Assembly: GCA_035943355.1 (NCBI GenBank)
Contig: DASZCG010000251.1
Coordinates: 1-52,269, forward strand
Source of the DNA: Gemmatimonadales bacterium
Lineage (GTDB): Bacteria > Gemmatimonadota > Gemmatimonadetes > Gemmatimonadales > GWC2-71-9
Length of the DNA: 52,269 nucleotides
Reading direction: 5' to 3'
Of the stretch, positions 9,307 through 17,642 are shown one piece after another. Within the stretch, counting starts at the first letter, position 1, and every line of letters begins with the position of its first letter. Below the pieces are notes generated by a model. It made no database searches. It saw only the letters and a list, made by a program, of their open reading frames with translations, and was not told the origin of the DNA. The translations under genes were made by a program, and so were the position numbers.

Positions 9307-9663
9307 ATGAGATACCTGTGCTTGATCTACGAAGACGAGAAGTCGTGGGAAAAGGCCACCGAGGCCGACATGAAGCAGGGGATGGCCGAGTACGGTGCGT
9401 TCACCGACAGCATCAAGAACGCGGGCAAGTACATCGGTGGTGAAGCGCTCCAGCCCACCAAGACCGCGACGTCGGTCCGGGTGCGGAATGGCAAGCTCTC
9501 GACAACGGACGGTCCGTACGTCGAGACGAAAGAGCAGCTCGGCGGCTACTACCTGATCAACGCGAAGGATCTCAACGACGCGGTCCAGGTCGCGTCCCGG
9601 ATTCCGGGCGCGAAGCATGGCACCGTCGAAGTGCGGCCGGTGATGGAGTTCAACCAGCCGTAG
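9307..9663 (+). CDS. YciI-like / DGPF domain protein (paralogue 2)
   Basis: The ORF-track ORF starts at 9280. The start is more likely the ATG at 9307, which is preceded by AGGAGG. Starts MRYLCLIYEDEK and contains TTDGPYVETKEQLGGYYLINA. Confidence 0.85.
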   Translation: MRYLCLIYEDEKSWEKATEADMKQGMAEYGAFTDSIKNAGKYIGGEALQPTKTATSVRVRNGKLSTTDGPYVETKEQLGGYYLINAKDLNDAVQVASRIPGAKHGTVEVRPVMEFNQP

Positions 9664-9755
9664 ACCCGATCGAGTCGGTCTATCGCGCCGAGTCCCGACG
9701 CGTCCTCGCGACCCTCATCCGCCTCCTCGGTGATTTCGATCTCGCCGAGGAGGCG

Positions 9756-10853
9756 TTGCAGGATGCGTTCGCCGCGGCGGTGGAGCGTTGGCCGGTCGAA
9801 GGGATGCCCACCAATCCACGCTCGTGGCTCATCTCGACGGGGCGATTCAAGGCGATCGACCGGCTGCGCAAGACACGCCGTGAGGTTGGTGGTGAAGTGG
9901 AAGTGATCGCAGAGCTTCCGGAAGAGCCGCACGACCTGGTCGACGACCGGCTGCGGCTCATCTTCACCTGTTGTCATCCCGCGCTGCATCCCGATGCGCA
10001 GGTCGCGATGACGTTGCGTGAAATCTGTGGTCTCACGACCGAAGAGGTCGCGGCTGCCTTCCTCACCACTGCGCCCACGCTGGCGCAGCGCATCGTCCGC
10101 GCCAAAGCCAAGATTCGCGACGCGAAAATCCCGTACGAAGTCCCCGAGCGGCGCGATCTTCCCGGGCGCCTCGCGAGCGTGCTGCACGTGGTCTATCTCG
10201 TGTTCAACCAGGGGTACTTCACCCGACCCGACCTCGCCACCGAGTCGATCCGGCTCGGCCGGCTGCTCGTCGAACTGCTGCCGGAGCCTGAGGCAATCGG
10301 CCTGCTCGCGCTGATGCTGCTGCACGATGCCCGCCGCGCGACGCGCACGAACGCCGGGGGCGAGCTGATACCGCTGGAGGAACAGGACAGGTCCCGGTGG
10401 AACAGCGCACAGATACAGGAAGGAGTGGCGCTGGTCGAGCGCGCCTTTGCCTCTCGGAGCGTGGGTCCGTACGTGCTCCAGGCGGCGATCGCGGCCGTCC
10501 ACGCTGAAGCGTCGAGCTCGGCAGCGACTGATTGGAGCGAAATCGTCGGACTCTACGACGTGCTGCTGCGCGCCGAGCCGTCACCCGTGATAGAGCTGAA
10601 CCGAGCGGCGGCGATCGCGATGCGCGACGGCCCGGAGCGCGGACTCGCGCTCATCGACGCGATTCTCGCGCGGGGCGACCTGCAGGCGTATCATCTGGCG
10701 CACGCTGCTCGAGCCGACCTGTTGCGGCGGCTCGGCCGCACGTCAGACGCGATCGCGGCGTACACGCAGGCGCTGGCGCTCGCCGTGGAAGAGCCGGAAC
10801 GGCGCCTGCTCGAGCGCCGCTTGAGAAAACTGGGCGCACAGGAGACGGTGTGA
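9756..10853 (+). CDS. ECF sigma factor with long C-terminal TPR-like extension (ECF42-type); 5' boundary uncertain
   Basis: Sigma region 2 (RSWLISTGRFKAIDRLRK) and region 4 (MTLREICGLTTEEVAAAFLTTAPTLAQRIVRAKAKI) are followed by about 200 aa of helical repeats. The conserved N-terminal helix (IESVYRAESRRVLATLIRLLGDFDLAEEA) lies in frame upstream of the first ATG/GTG/TTG at 9756. The true start is therefore probably near 9663..9669. Confidence 0.8.
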   Translation: MQDAFAAAVERWPVEGMPTNPRSWLISTGRFKAIDRLRKTRREVGGEVEVIAELPEEPHDLVDDRLRLIFTCCHPALHPDAQVAMTLREICGLTTEEVAAAFLTTAPTLAQRIVRAKAKIRDAKIPYEVPERRDLPGRLASVLHVVYLVFNQGYFTRPDLATESIRLGRLLVELLPEPEAIGLLALMLLHDARRATRTNAGGELIPLEEQDRSRWNSAQIQEGVALVERAFASRSVGPYVLQAAIAAVHAEASSSAATDWSEIVGLYDVLLRAEPSPVIELNRAAAIAMRDGPERGLALIDAILARGDLQAYHLAHAARADLLRRLGRTSDAIAAYTQALALAVEEPERRLLERRLRKLGAQETV

Positions 10854-10863
10854 CTCACTGAGG

Positions 10864-11847
10864 CTATGGGTACCAGTTCTTGTCCCACGCGTGCGGCTTG
10901 AGCTGTGAGAGCAGACCGGCCGGCAGCGCGCCCTTCGCGGACACCGTCGCGTTCTGCCGCACATGGGCAGGTCGCCGCATGCCGGGGATGACCGTCGAGA
11001 CCTCGGGCGCCGACAGGCAGAATCGCAGCGCGAGCTCGGGCAAGCTTTGGACCTGGTCGTTGAGCAGACCGGCGAGCGCCTTGCCCCTCCGCTCGGCCTC
11101 GGCCTTGCGGTCACCGGCGAAATAATCGGCGCGCCAGTCGCCCGCGGGGAAGACGGTGTTGGCTTTGATCTGACCCGTGAGCGCGCCTTCGTCGAACGGC
11201 ACCCGCACGATGATGCCGAGGGGCTTCTTCTTGGCAAGGGCGAAGAGGGCCTGTTCAGGCGAGCGATCGTAGATGTTGTAAATCACCTGCGCCGTGTCGA
11301 AGATCGGATCGGTCAATACCTTCAGCGCGGTCTCCGGCGCATGATCGTTGATCGAAACGCCCCAGTGGAGCACCTTCCCTTCCTTCTTCAGGCGCGCGAT
11401 CTGCTCGAGCGACTGCTGCCATTCGGGATCCGATAGCCAGACGTCGTTCCACACGTGGAGCTGCTGCAAGTGCAGCGCTTCCACGCTGAGATTCTTCAAT
11501 GACTGTTCGGTGGACGACGCGATGTGCCCGGCGGGAAAGACGCTCTTGAGTTTGTAGCTGGCTTTCGCCGGCCACTCCTGATTCAGCGGGGGGACTTTGG
11601 TAGCGACGACGACGCGGCCCGCGCGGATGTCATCCTTCAGGACTTCGCCGATTACCCGCTCGCTGTGGCCGTCGCCGTAGGCGAGTGCCGTGTCGAAGAA
11701 GGTGATGCCCTGGTCGACCGCTTCGCGCAGCGCCTTCCGCCCTTCCGTGTCGTCGACGCCGCGCCACATGGCGCCGCCGATGCCCCAGGCGCCGAAGCCG
11801 ATCTCGCTGACGTGATAGCCGGTCTTGCCGAGTGGTCTCTGTTTCAT
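10864..11847 (-). CDS. Aldo/keto reductase
   Basis: MKQRPLGKTGYHVSEIGFGAWGIGG and FFDTALAYGDGHSERVIGE are classic AKR N-terminal motifs. Confidence 0.85.
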   Translation of the reverse strand: MKQRPLGKTGYHVSEIGFGAWGIGGAMWRGVDDTEGRKALREAVDQGITFFDTALAYGDGHSERVIGEVLKDDIRAGRVVVATKVPPLNQEWPAKASYKLKSVFPAGHIASSTEQSLKNLSVEALHLQQLHVWNDVWLSDPEWQQSLEQIARLKKEGKVLHWGVSINDHAPETALKVLTDPIFDTAQVIYNIYDRSPEQALFALAKKKPLGIIVRVPFDEGALTGQIKANTVFPAGDWRADYFAGDRKAEAERRGKALAGLLNDQVQSLPELALRFCLSAPEVSTVIPGMRRPAHVRQNATVSAKGALPAGLLSQLKPHAWDKNWYP

Positions 11848-11857
11848 CGTTGGGTCC

Positions 11858-14302
11858 CTATTTGAGGGCGATGCGGACGGTGGCGGGGACCAGCCCCTTC
11901 CCTTCCGCGGTCAGCGTGGCCGTTCCCGGCTTCCTGCCCGCGCGCACAATGACGAGCGCCTTGCCGTTGAACAGCCGCACTTGTTTCGCCTGGAATGACG
12001 TGTGGCTGATCTGATCACCATTATCCACCCCGACGATCTGCGCACCACCGCTGACGCGGAGCCAGATGAGCGGCTCCGCGGTCGGCACCGCGCGGCCGCG
12101 TCGATCCCGGACCGTGACCGTCACGAAGGAGAGATCCTCCCCATCCGCGCGAATGTGGGCGCGATCAGGGGCGAGCGCGACCCGCGCGGGGGCACCGGCA
12201 GTCCTGACCACGGCGCTTGTCGTCACGAGCCCGTTCTTACGCGCCACGGCTTTCAATGTCCCAGGCTTGTAGGCGACGCGCCACATCATGTGACCGACGT
12301 CGCCCTCTTTGCGCCTCACGCCCTGGAACGAACCGTTCAAATACAGCTCCACCTGGTCTGCGTTCGTGTAGGCCCACACATCGATCGTATCCCCCGCGGT
12401 CCAGTTCCAGTGCGGAAGTAGGTGCAGCATCGGCTGCTCGGTCCACACGCTCTGATATAAGTAGAAGGGATCCTTGGGGAATCCTGCCAGGTCCACGACG
12501 CCAAAATACGAGCTGCGCGCCGGCCACTCGTACGGCGTCGGCTCACCGAGATAGTCGATGCCCTGCCAGATGAAGATGCCGGAGAGAAATGGATAGCGCT
12601 CGAACAGGCGCAGCGATTCCTCGTGCAGCGAGCCCCAGAACGCGTGGCTGTTGTCATACGACGACAAGCGCCCGTCCGCGGGCGGCCGCGGTCCTTTGTC
12701 CTTCTCGTAGGGCCAATGGTAGTCGGACACGCTGTCGGAGGGCTGCGGGTACACCCCGCGGGAGTTCAGGTCGGACATCGCTTCGGTGATGATGAACTTG
12801 GCGCCCGGGTACTGCGTCGGAAAGTCGGCCCAGACCTCGTGGTGATAGTTGTGGCCGAGGAGGTCGAGCGCGCCGGCGTGAAACACGGGGTTCTTGGTGC
12901 TACCGTTATTCGCGGCCTGGGTGACCGGCCGTGTTGGATCGAGCCTGTGCACGATACCGGCGAGCTCGCGCGCGATGGGCGCGGCGGTGCTGTCGCCATC
13001 GGTCCACTGCTCCATCACCTCGTTGCCGATACTCCAGATGAACACGCTGGGATGGTTGCGGTCGCGCCGCACCATGTCCGACAGGTCGCGCTCGTGCCAA
13101 GCGTCCCAGTCGAGATGGTAGTCATACTTCGTCTTCTCTTTCTTCCACATGTCGAAGGCTTCGTCCATCACGATGAAACCCATGCGGTCGGTCAGATCGA
13201 GTAGCTCGGGCGCGGGCGGGTTGTGGGAGGTCCGCAGCGCGTTGGCGCCCATCGCTTTCATGATTTGGAGCTGGCGCTCGATGGCACGGGTGTTCACGGC
13301 GGCGCCGAGCGCACCGAGGTCGTGATGCAGGCAGATGCCGCGGATTTTGACGTGCTGGCCGTTCAGGAAGAAGCCCGAATCCGCCCGAAACTCGGCCGTG
13401 CGCACGCCGAACGACGTGGTGTATTGGTCGTCGCAGGTCTTGTCAGAACACACGACACGTGACACGACGCGATACAGGTACGGCCGCTCAAGCGACCACC
13501 GCGTCGGATGTGGGATCGTGACCTCCTGTTCTGCTTCGACGCTTGAGTCCGCAGGAAGCATCATGCCCTTCGTGACGACGAGTCCCACAACCTGGCCTCC
13601 CGAATCGGAAACCGCGGTAACCAGGGCCAGCGGCTGTGCGACATGGCGCTCGTTGCGGATGATGGTGCGGACCTTGACTAGGCTAGAATCCGCGTTTACG
13701 ACGGGCGTCGTGACGTACGTGCCCCACTGATCCACGTGCACCGGATCGGTCGTGACAAGACGCACGTGCCGGTAAATCCCGGAGCCCGAGTACCACCGGG
13801 AGTTCGGCTGCTGGGAATTGTCCACGCGCACCGCGATCACGTTGCGCGCGCCGAAGCGCAGGTGTGGCGTCAGCTCGTAGCGGAACGAGCTGTAGCCATA
13901 TGGCCGTTTGCCGAGGGAGTGGCCATTGATCCAGACTTCGCTGTTGCGATAGACGCCGTCGAAATCGATGAAAACGAGCTTGCCCTTGTCAGCCGCGGGC
14001 GCCGTAAATGTCTTGCGATACCAGCCGATTCCACCCGGCAGCGCGCCCCCCGCAACTCCAGCAGGATTCTGCTCGCTGAACGCGCCTTCGATGCTCCAAT
14101 CGTGGGGAAGGTCCAGCCTACGCCACGCGGAGTCCTTGAACGCAACGGCCTCTGCGCCAGTGACGTCGCCCAGGTGGAAACGCCAGCCATGATCGAAGTT
14201 GGCGGTCTGACGCTGCCCGCTCGCCGCGCACGGCACGCCTAGCAGGCACAGGGTGACGACGATCGTCCGGTTCACCGCTCCACCGTCGCGTCGCGCGCGC
14301 AT
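11858..14302 (-). CDS. Glycoside hydrolase family 2 (beta-galactosidase-like), secreted
   Basis: Signal peptide present. FDHGWRFHLGD and LDLPHDWSIEG form the sugar-binding domain start. NHPSVFIWSIGNEVME carries the acid/base Glu. A C-terminal Ig-like domain follows. Confidence 0.85.
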   Translation of the reverse strand: MRARRDGGAVNRTIVVTLCLLGVPCAASGQRQTANFDHGWRFHLGDVTGAEAVAFKDSAWRRLDLPHDWSIEGAFSEQNPAGVAGGALPGGIGWYRKTFTAPAADKGKLVFIDFDGVYRNSEVWINGHSLGKRPYGYSSFRYELTPHLRFGARNVIAVRVDNSQQPNSRWYSGSGIYRHVRLVTTDPVHVDQWGTYVTTPVVNADSSLVKVRTIIRNERHVAQPLALVTAVSDSGGQVVGLVVTKGMMLPADSSVEAEQEVTIPHPTRWSLERPYLYRVVSRVVCSDKTCDDQYTTSFGVRTAEFRADSGFFLNGQHVKIRGICLHHDLGALGAAVNTRAIERQLQIMKAMGANALRTSHNPPAPELLDLTDRMGFIVMDEAFDMWKKEKTKYDYHLDWDAWHERDLSDMVRRDRNHPSVFIWSIGNEVMEQWTDGDSTAAPIARELAGIVHRLDPTRPVTQAANNGSTKNPVFHAGALDLLGHNYHHEVWADFPTQYPGAKFIITEAMSDLNSRGVYPQPSDSVSDYHWPYEKDKGPRPPADGRLSSYDNSHAFWGSLHEESLRLFERYPFLSGIFIWQGIDYLGEPTPYEWPARSSYFGVVDLAGFPKDPFYLYQSVWTEQPMLHLLPHWNWTAGDTIDVWAYTNADQVELYLNGSFQGVRRKEGDVGHMMWRVAYKPGTLKAVARKNGLVTTSAVVRTAGAPARVALAPDRAHIRADGEDLSFVTVTVRDRRGRAVPTAEPLIWLRVSGGAQIVGVDNGDQISHTSFQAKQVRLFNGKALVIVRAGRKPGTATLTAEGKGLVPATVRIALK

Positions 14303-14344
14303 GCTGGGAACGTACGCGCTCGGGGAACGAGAGCAAGCAACGCG

Positions 14345-15844
14345 CTACGCGCCGAGCCGGCTGCGGGTCGAGTTGACCCTGCCGATCATCGCTGCGCCCT
14401 GCTCCGCCGTCAGTGCGCCGGTCTTGACGAGCGCGGTCGCCTGATTGACGAACGCATCGAGCTGCTTCAGCGCCGGCTTGGTCTTGCCCGCGGCGATGCT
14501 GGCCAGCGCGGCCTCCAGCTTATCGCTCAACCCAGCGCCCTGCTTGGCCGTGAGCGTCCCGCCCAGGACGAGTTGTTTGATGTCACGCCGGAGTGACCAA
14601 GGCATCCACCCCTGATAGTCGAGATCCGGATACGGAGCGATCTGGATGTTCGTGCCGGCACTCCGGCCCAGCAGGAACTTGTCGACGAACGCTTCGACGA
14701 CCGGACGCTCGCTGTCCGGCACGTTGCAATGCCGGTGTCCACCATCGATATAGAAACCGAACCGGTCTCCGATGCCGAGCTGCTCGTAGGTCTCCCGCGC
14801 GGCCCGCGCCGAGATGTACGCGGATCGATTCGAGAGCCATGTGTAGTCCGTGTTCCCCGTCGCCAGCAAGGCTCTGGGCGCCACGATCGCCATCAGCTCA
14901 TGATGATCGTGCGGCAACGTGAAGACACTGTCGGCGGAGAACGCCCTCATGTCCTTCATGAACCAGGTGTAATTGGTGTTGTCGATCTTCTCTACGCTCC
15001 CGTTCGGCTCGACGGCATGAGAGACACGCCAAGCCGGCATCCCGCCACCTCCGGATTCCTGCGCAATGGCGAGCGCGACCCGCTCGTCGAGCGCAGCCGC
15101 AAAGAGCGCCATCTTTCCGGCGTAGGAACACCCCGTCACCGCCAGATGGCTCAGATCGATGGGCAGCGAGCCCTGACGCGCGGCGATCTGAATCCCATCG
15201 ATCAGACGGCTCACGCCCCAGGCCCATGCGCTATACTGTCCGATATTCCCGTTCGCGACCTGATACTCGGGATAGAGAGAAAAGTACGCGTCGTTGGCAT
15301 GCGAAGACGCGAAATACGTCGTCACCTGGTCGTGGAAGTACGGTATCCGGGCAACGCTACGGCTGGTGAAGATGTCGCTGGGGAGACTCCCCGTCCCGGT
15401 ACAGGGGAAGGCCGGGGAGCACCTCCAAGTCATGCCAATGACTGCCGGGAACGGCCCGCTTCCCGAGGGAAGGAAGATGGGCGACCTGAGCGTCAGCGAT
15501 CGCCCATTCGACTTCCTGGTGACGACCACGCTGAGTGTGTCGTTGGCGTAGGTTGCGGTTACGTCGACATCCGCAGGGTCGGGCTTGGGACCGATCTCAT
15601 AGCTCTCGAGCGACGCCATGACCTCGGCACGGCGGCGTTCCCAGCCCGCAAACCCGGTGTCCAGACTTCCATTGAACAACCGAAACGGATCGGGTAGGGT
15701 CAGATTGCTGCGGAACTGATCGACCCGGAGCAAGGCGGGTTTCGGGAGTCCCGCACTCGTGTTCTCGACGTCAAAGACCAAAGGAACGTCCTGCGCAGCG
15801 ACCGAGCCGCACACTGCAAGAAGGAGCAGTGCGGCGGACCTCAT
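14345..15844 (-). CDS. CE15-like glucuronoyl esterase with C-terminal helical-hairpin tail
   Basis: Signal peptide MRSAALLLLAVCGSVAAQ. VTGCSYAGKMALFAAALDERVALAIAQESGGGGMPAWRV aligns by eye with the CE15 GCSRxGK...PQESGAGG block. GGHRHCNVP matches the catalytic His block. The ATG overlaps the stop of the upstream SSS gene (ATGA, 15841..15844). Confidence 0.75.
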   Translation of the reverse strand: MRSAALLLLAVCGSVAAQDVPLVFDVENTSAGLPKPALLRVDQFRSNLTLPDPFRLFNGSLDTGFAGWERRRAEVMASLESYEIGPKPDPADVDVTATYANDTLSVVVTRKSNGRSLTLRSPIFLPSGSGPFPAVIGMTWRCSPAFPCTGTGSLPSDIFTSRSVARIPYFHDQVTTYFASSHANDAYFSLYPEYQVANGNIGQYSAWAWGVSRLIDGIQIAARQGSLPIDLSHLAVTGCSYAGKMALFAAALDERVALAIAQESGGGGMPAWRVSHAVEPNGSVEKIDNTNYTWFMKDMRAFSADSVFTLPHDHHELMAIVAPRALLATGNTDYTWLSNRSAYISARAARETYEQLGIGDRFGFYIDGGHRHCNVPDSERPVVEAFVDKFLLGRSAGTNIQIAPYPDLDYQGWMPWSLRRDIKQLVLGGTLTAKQGAGLSDKLEAALASIAAGKTKPALKQLDAFVNQATALVKTGALTAEQGAAMIGRVNSTRSRLGA

Positions 15845-17604
15845 CCGCGGAAGTAGAGGTACACCGCGAGGATCAATACCAGCACCACGGCAGACGCGAT
15901 CACTTCACGCCGTCCCCAGCTCGCGCGCGACACCATGCGGTCTTCCGGCGGAATCGTTCCATAGGTCAGTCCGGTGAGTTGCTCAGGGAGCGGCGGCTCG
16001 GTCAGGTGGCTCACGACAAACATGACTACGACTGAGACGAGGAAAATGAAGACGCTGTAGTACTGGAAGTAGATGTTGTTCACGAACCACAGGAACGAGC
16101 CCTGCGGGTAGCCACCGGCCAAGCCCGCGAGATGGAGGCTCACCGGGGTGTCTACGAGGAGCCGGAAGACGCCTAACACAAATCCGACGAGCAGGGCGGC
16201 GAGGCAGCCCTTCGAGTTCAAGCGCCGATTGAAGATGCCGAACACAAACACGGTGAAGATCGGCGGTGCGAGATACCCTTGGACGCCCTGCAAGTAGTCA
16301 TACAACCCGCGCGCGCCCTGGATCACCGGAATCCACAGCAGACTGATCACGACCATCGCGATGGTGGCGAGCCGCCCTACCCACACGAGCCGATGCTGCG
16401 AAGCGTTTGGTCTGAACTTGGTGTAGAGATCCATCGTAAATAGCGTCGAGGACGCATTGAAGGCTCCCGCCATCGAGCTCATGAGCGCCGCGAGCAGTCC
16501 GGCAACGACGATCCCGCGGAGTCCCGAAGGCAGGAGGTCTTTCACCATCAGCGGAAACGCCGCCTGCGCTGCCTGCGGAATCACGTGGCCCTGCGCGTCT
16601 ACCAGTGCGCCGAGTCCGGGGACTTTGCCGGTCTTCGCGAGCGCAAGCGCGATCAGGCCAGGGATGATGAACAGGAACACGGGCGAGAGCTTCAAGTACG
16701 AGGCGAAAATGCTGCCGCGGCGCGCCGTCCGCTCGTCCTTTGCCGCGAGCGCCCGCTGCACGATGTACTGATCGGTGCACCAATACCAGAGACCAATGAT
16801 CGGCGCGCAGAACAACATGCCGAGCCACGGATAGTTGTCGTTGAAGTACCACGCGATGCGACCGGTTTCCTTGACCGGCTCCCAGGTGCCCTGCATGCCG
16901 TGTGGCGCAAGCGGCTTCCACAAGTTGAAGAGGTCGGGATCGAGCACGCTGCGCAGCTCGTGCCAGCCACCGAGCTTGGCCAGCCCAAACAGTGTGAGGA
17001 GTCCCGAGCCGACGATCAGGATGAATGTCTGCAGGGCATCGGTATACGCCACGGCGCGCATGCCACCCAGCACCGTGTAGAGTCCCGTGAGCAGCAGTAC
17101 GACGACCGAGCCGATCCAGAAGCTGTTGAACGTGACCCCGCCCATCCGCAGCGACACTTCCGGCAGGAGCGTCGCGAACACCACGCCGCCGGCGAAGATG
17201 GAGACCGCGAATTTCGTAAACACGTGCGCCACGAGCGTGATGACCGACAAGACCCACCGTGCTGTTGGCGAAAACCGGCGGCCCAGAAACTCCGGCATGG
17301 TGTAGACGAGCGCACGAGAGTAGAACGGGACGAAGACCCATCCGAGAACAAGGAGGCACCACGCGTGCAGCTCGTAGTGCGCGAGTGCCACGCCGCTCGT
17401 CGCGCCGGCACCCGCGAGCCCGACGACGTGCTCGGAGCCGATGTTGGAAGCAAAAATCGAGGCGCCGACCAGGAACCAGCCGAGGTTGCGGCCGGCGAGG
17501 AAATAGTCGTCGGTGGTGTCGCGGTTCCGTCGCGCGACCCACCACGCCACTCCAAGAAGAAGGATGAAGTACAACACGATGATGAGCCAATCGAGCCCTG
17601 TCAT
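15841..17604 (-). CDS. Sodium:solute symporter (SSS/SGLT family), probable sugar importer
   Basis: DDYFLAGRNLGWFLVGASIFASNIGSEHVVGLAG is the SSS signature region. About 13-14 hydrophobic helices. Confidence 0.9.
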   Translation of the reverse strand: MTGLDWLIIVLYFILLLGVAWWVARRNRDTTDDYFLAGRNLGWFLVGASIFASNIGSEHVVGLAGAGATSGVALAHYELHAWCLLVLGWVFVPFYSRALVYTMPEFLGRRFSPTARWVLSVITLVAHVFTKFAVSIFAGGVVFATLLPEVSLRMGGVTFNSFWIGSVVVLLLTGLYTVLGGMRAVAYTDALQTFILIVGSGLLTLFGLAKLGGWHELRSVLDPDLFNLWKPLAPHGMQGTWEPVKETGRIAWYFNDNYPWLGMLFCAPIIGLWYWCTDQYIVQRALAAKDERTARRGSIFASYLKLSPVFLFIIPGLIALALAKTGKVPGLGALVDAQGHVIPQAAQAAFPLMVKDLLPSGLRGIVVAGLLAALMSSMAGAFNASSTLFTMDLYTKFRPNASQHRLVWVGRLATIAMVVISLLWIPVIQGARGLYDYLQGVQGYLAPPIFTVFVFGIFNRRLNSKGCLAALLVGFVLGVFRLLVDTPVSLHLAGLAGGYPQGSFLWFVNNIYFQYYSVFIFLVSVVVMFVVSHLTEPPLPEQLTGLTYGTIPPEDRMVSRASWGRREVIASAVVLVLILAVYLYFRG

Positions 17605-17607
17605 ACC

Positions 17608-17636
17608 TTGCGCCGGGTTGGGACGGGAAACAAAAT
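17608..17636 (+). promoter_or_regulatory. Candidate promoter with leaderless geometry for the GH115-to-GH67 unit
   Basis: TTGCGC (17608..17613), a 17-nt spacer, CAAAAT (17631..17636), then 6 nt to the ATG at 17643. No Shine-Dalgarno. It lies in a 38-bp divergent intergenic region. Confidence 0.3.
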
Positions 17637-17642
17637 GACCTT

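Noticed and set aside
9307-10853. Possibility that DGPF paralogue 2 and the sigma factor are one frameshifted fusion gene
   Set aside because: The DGPF ORF ends at a normal length with TAG, as its paralogue does. An open alternative frame across it is expected at this GC content. No slippery sequence was seen at the junction.
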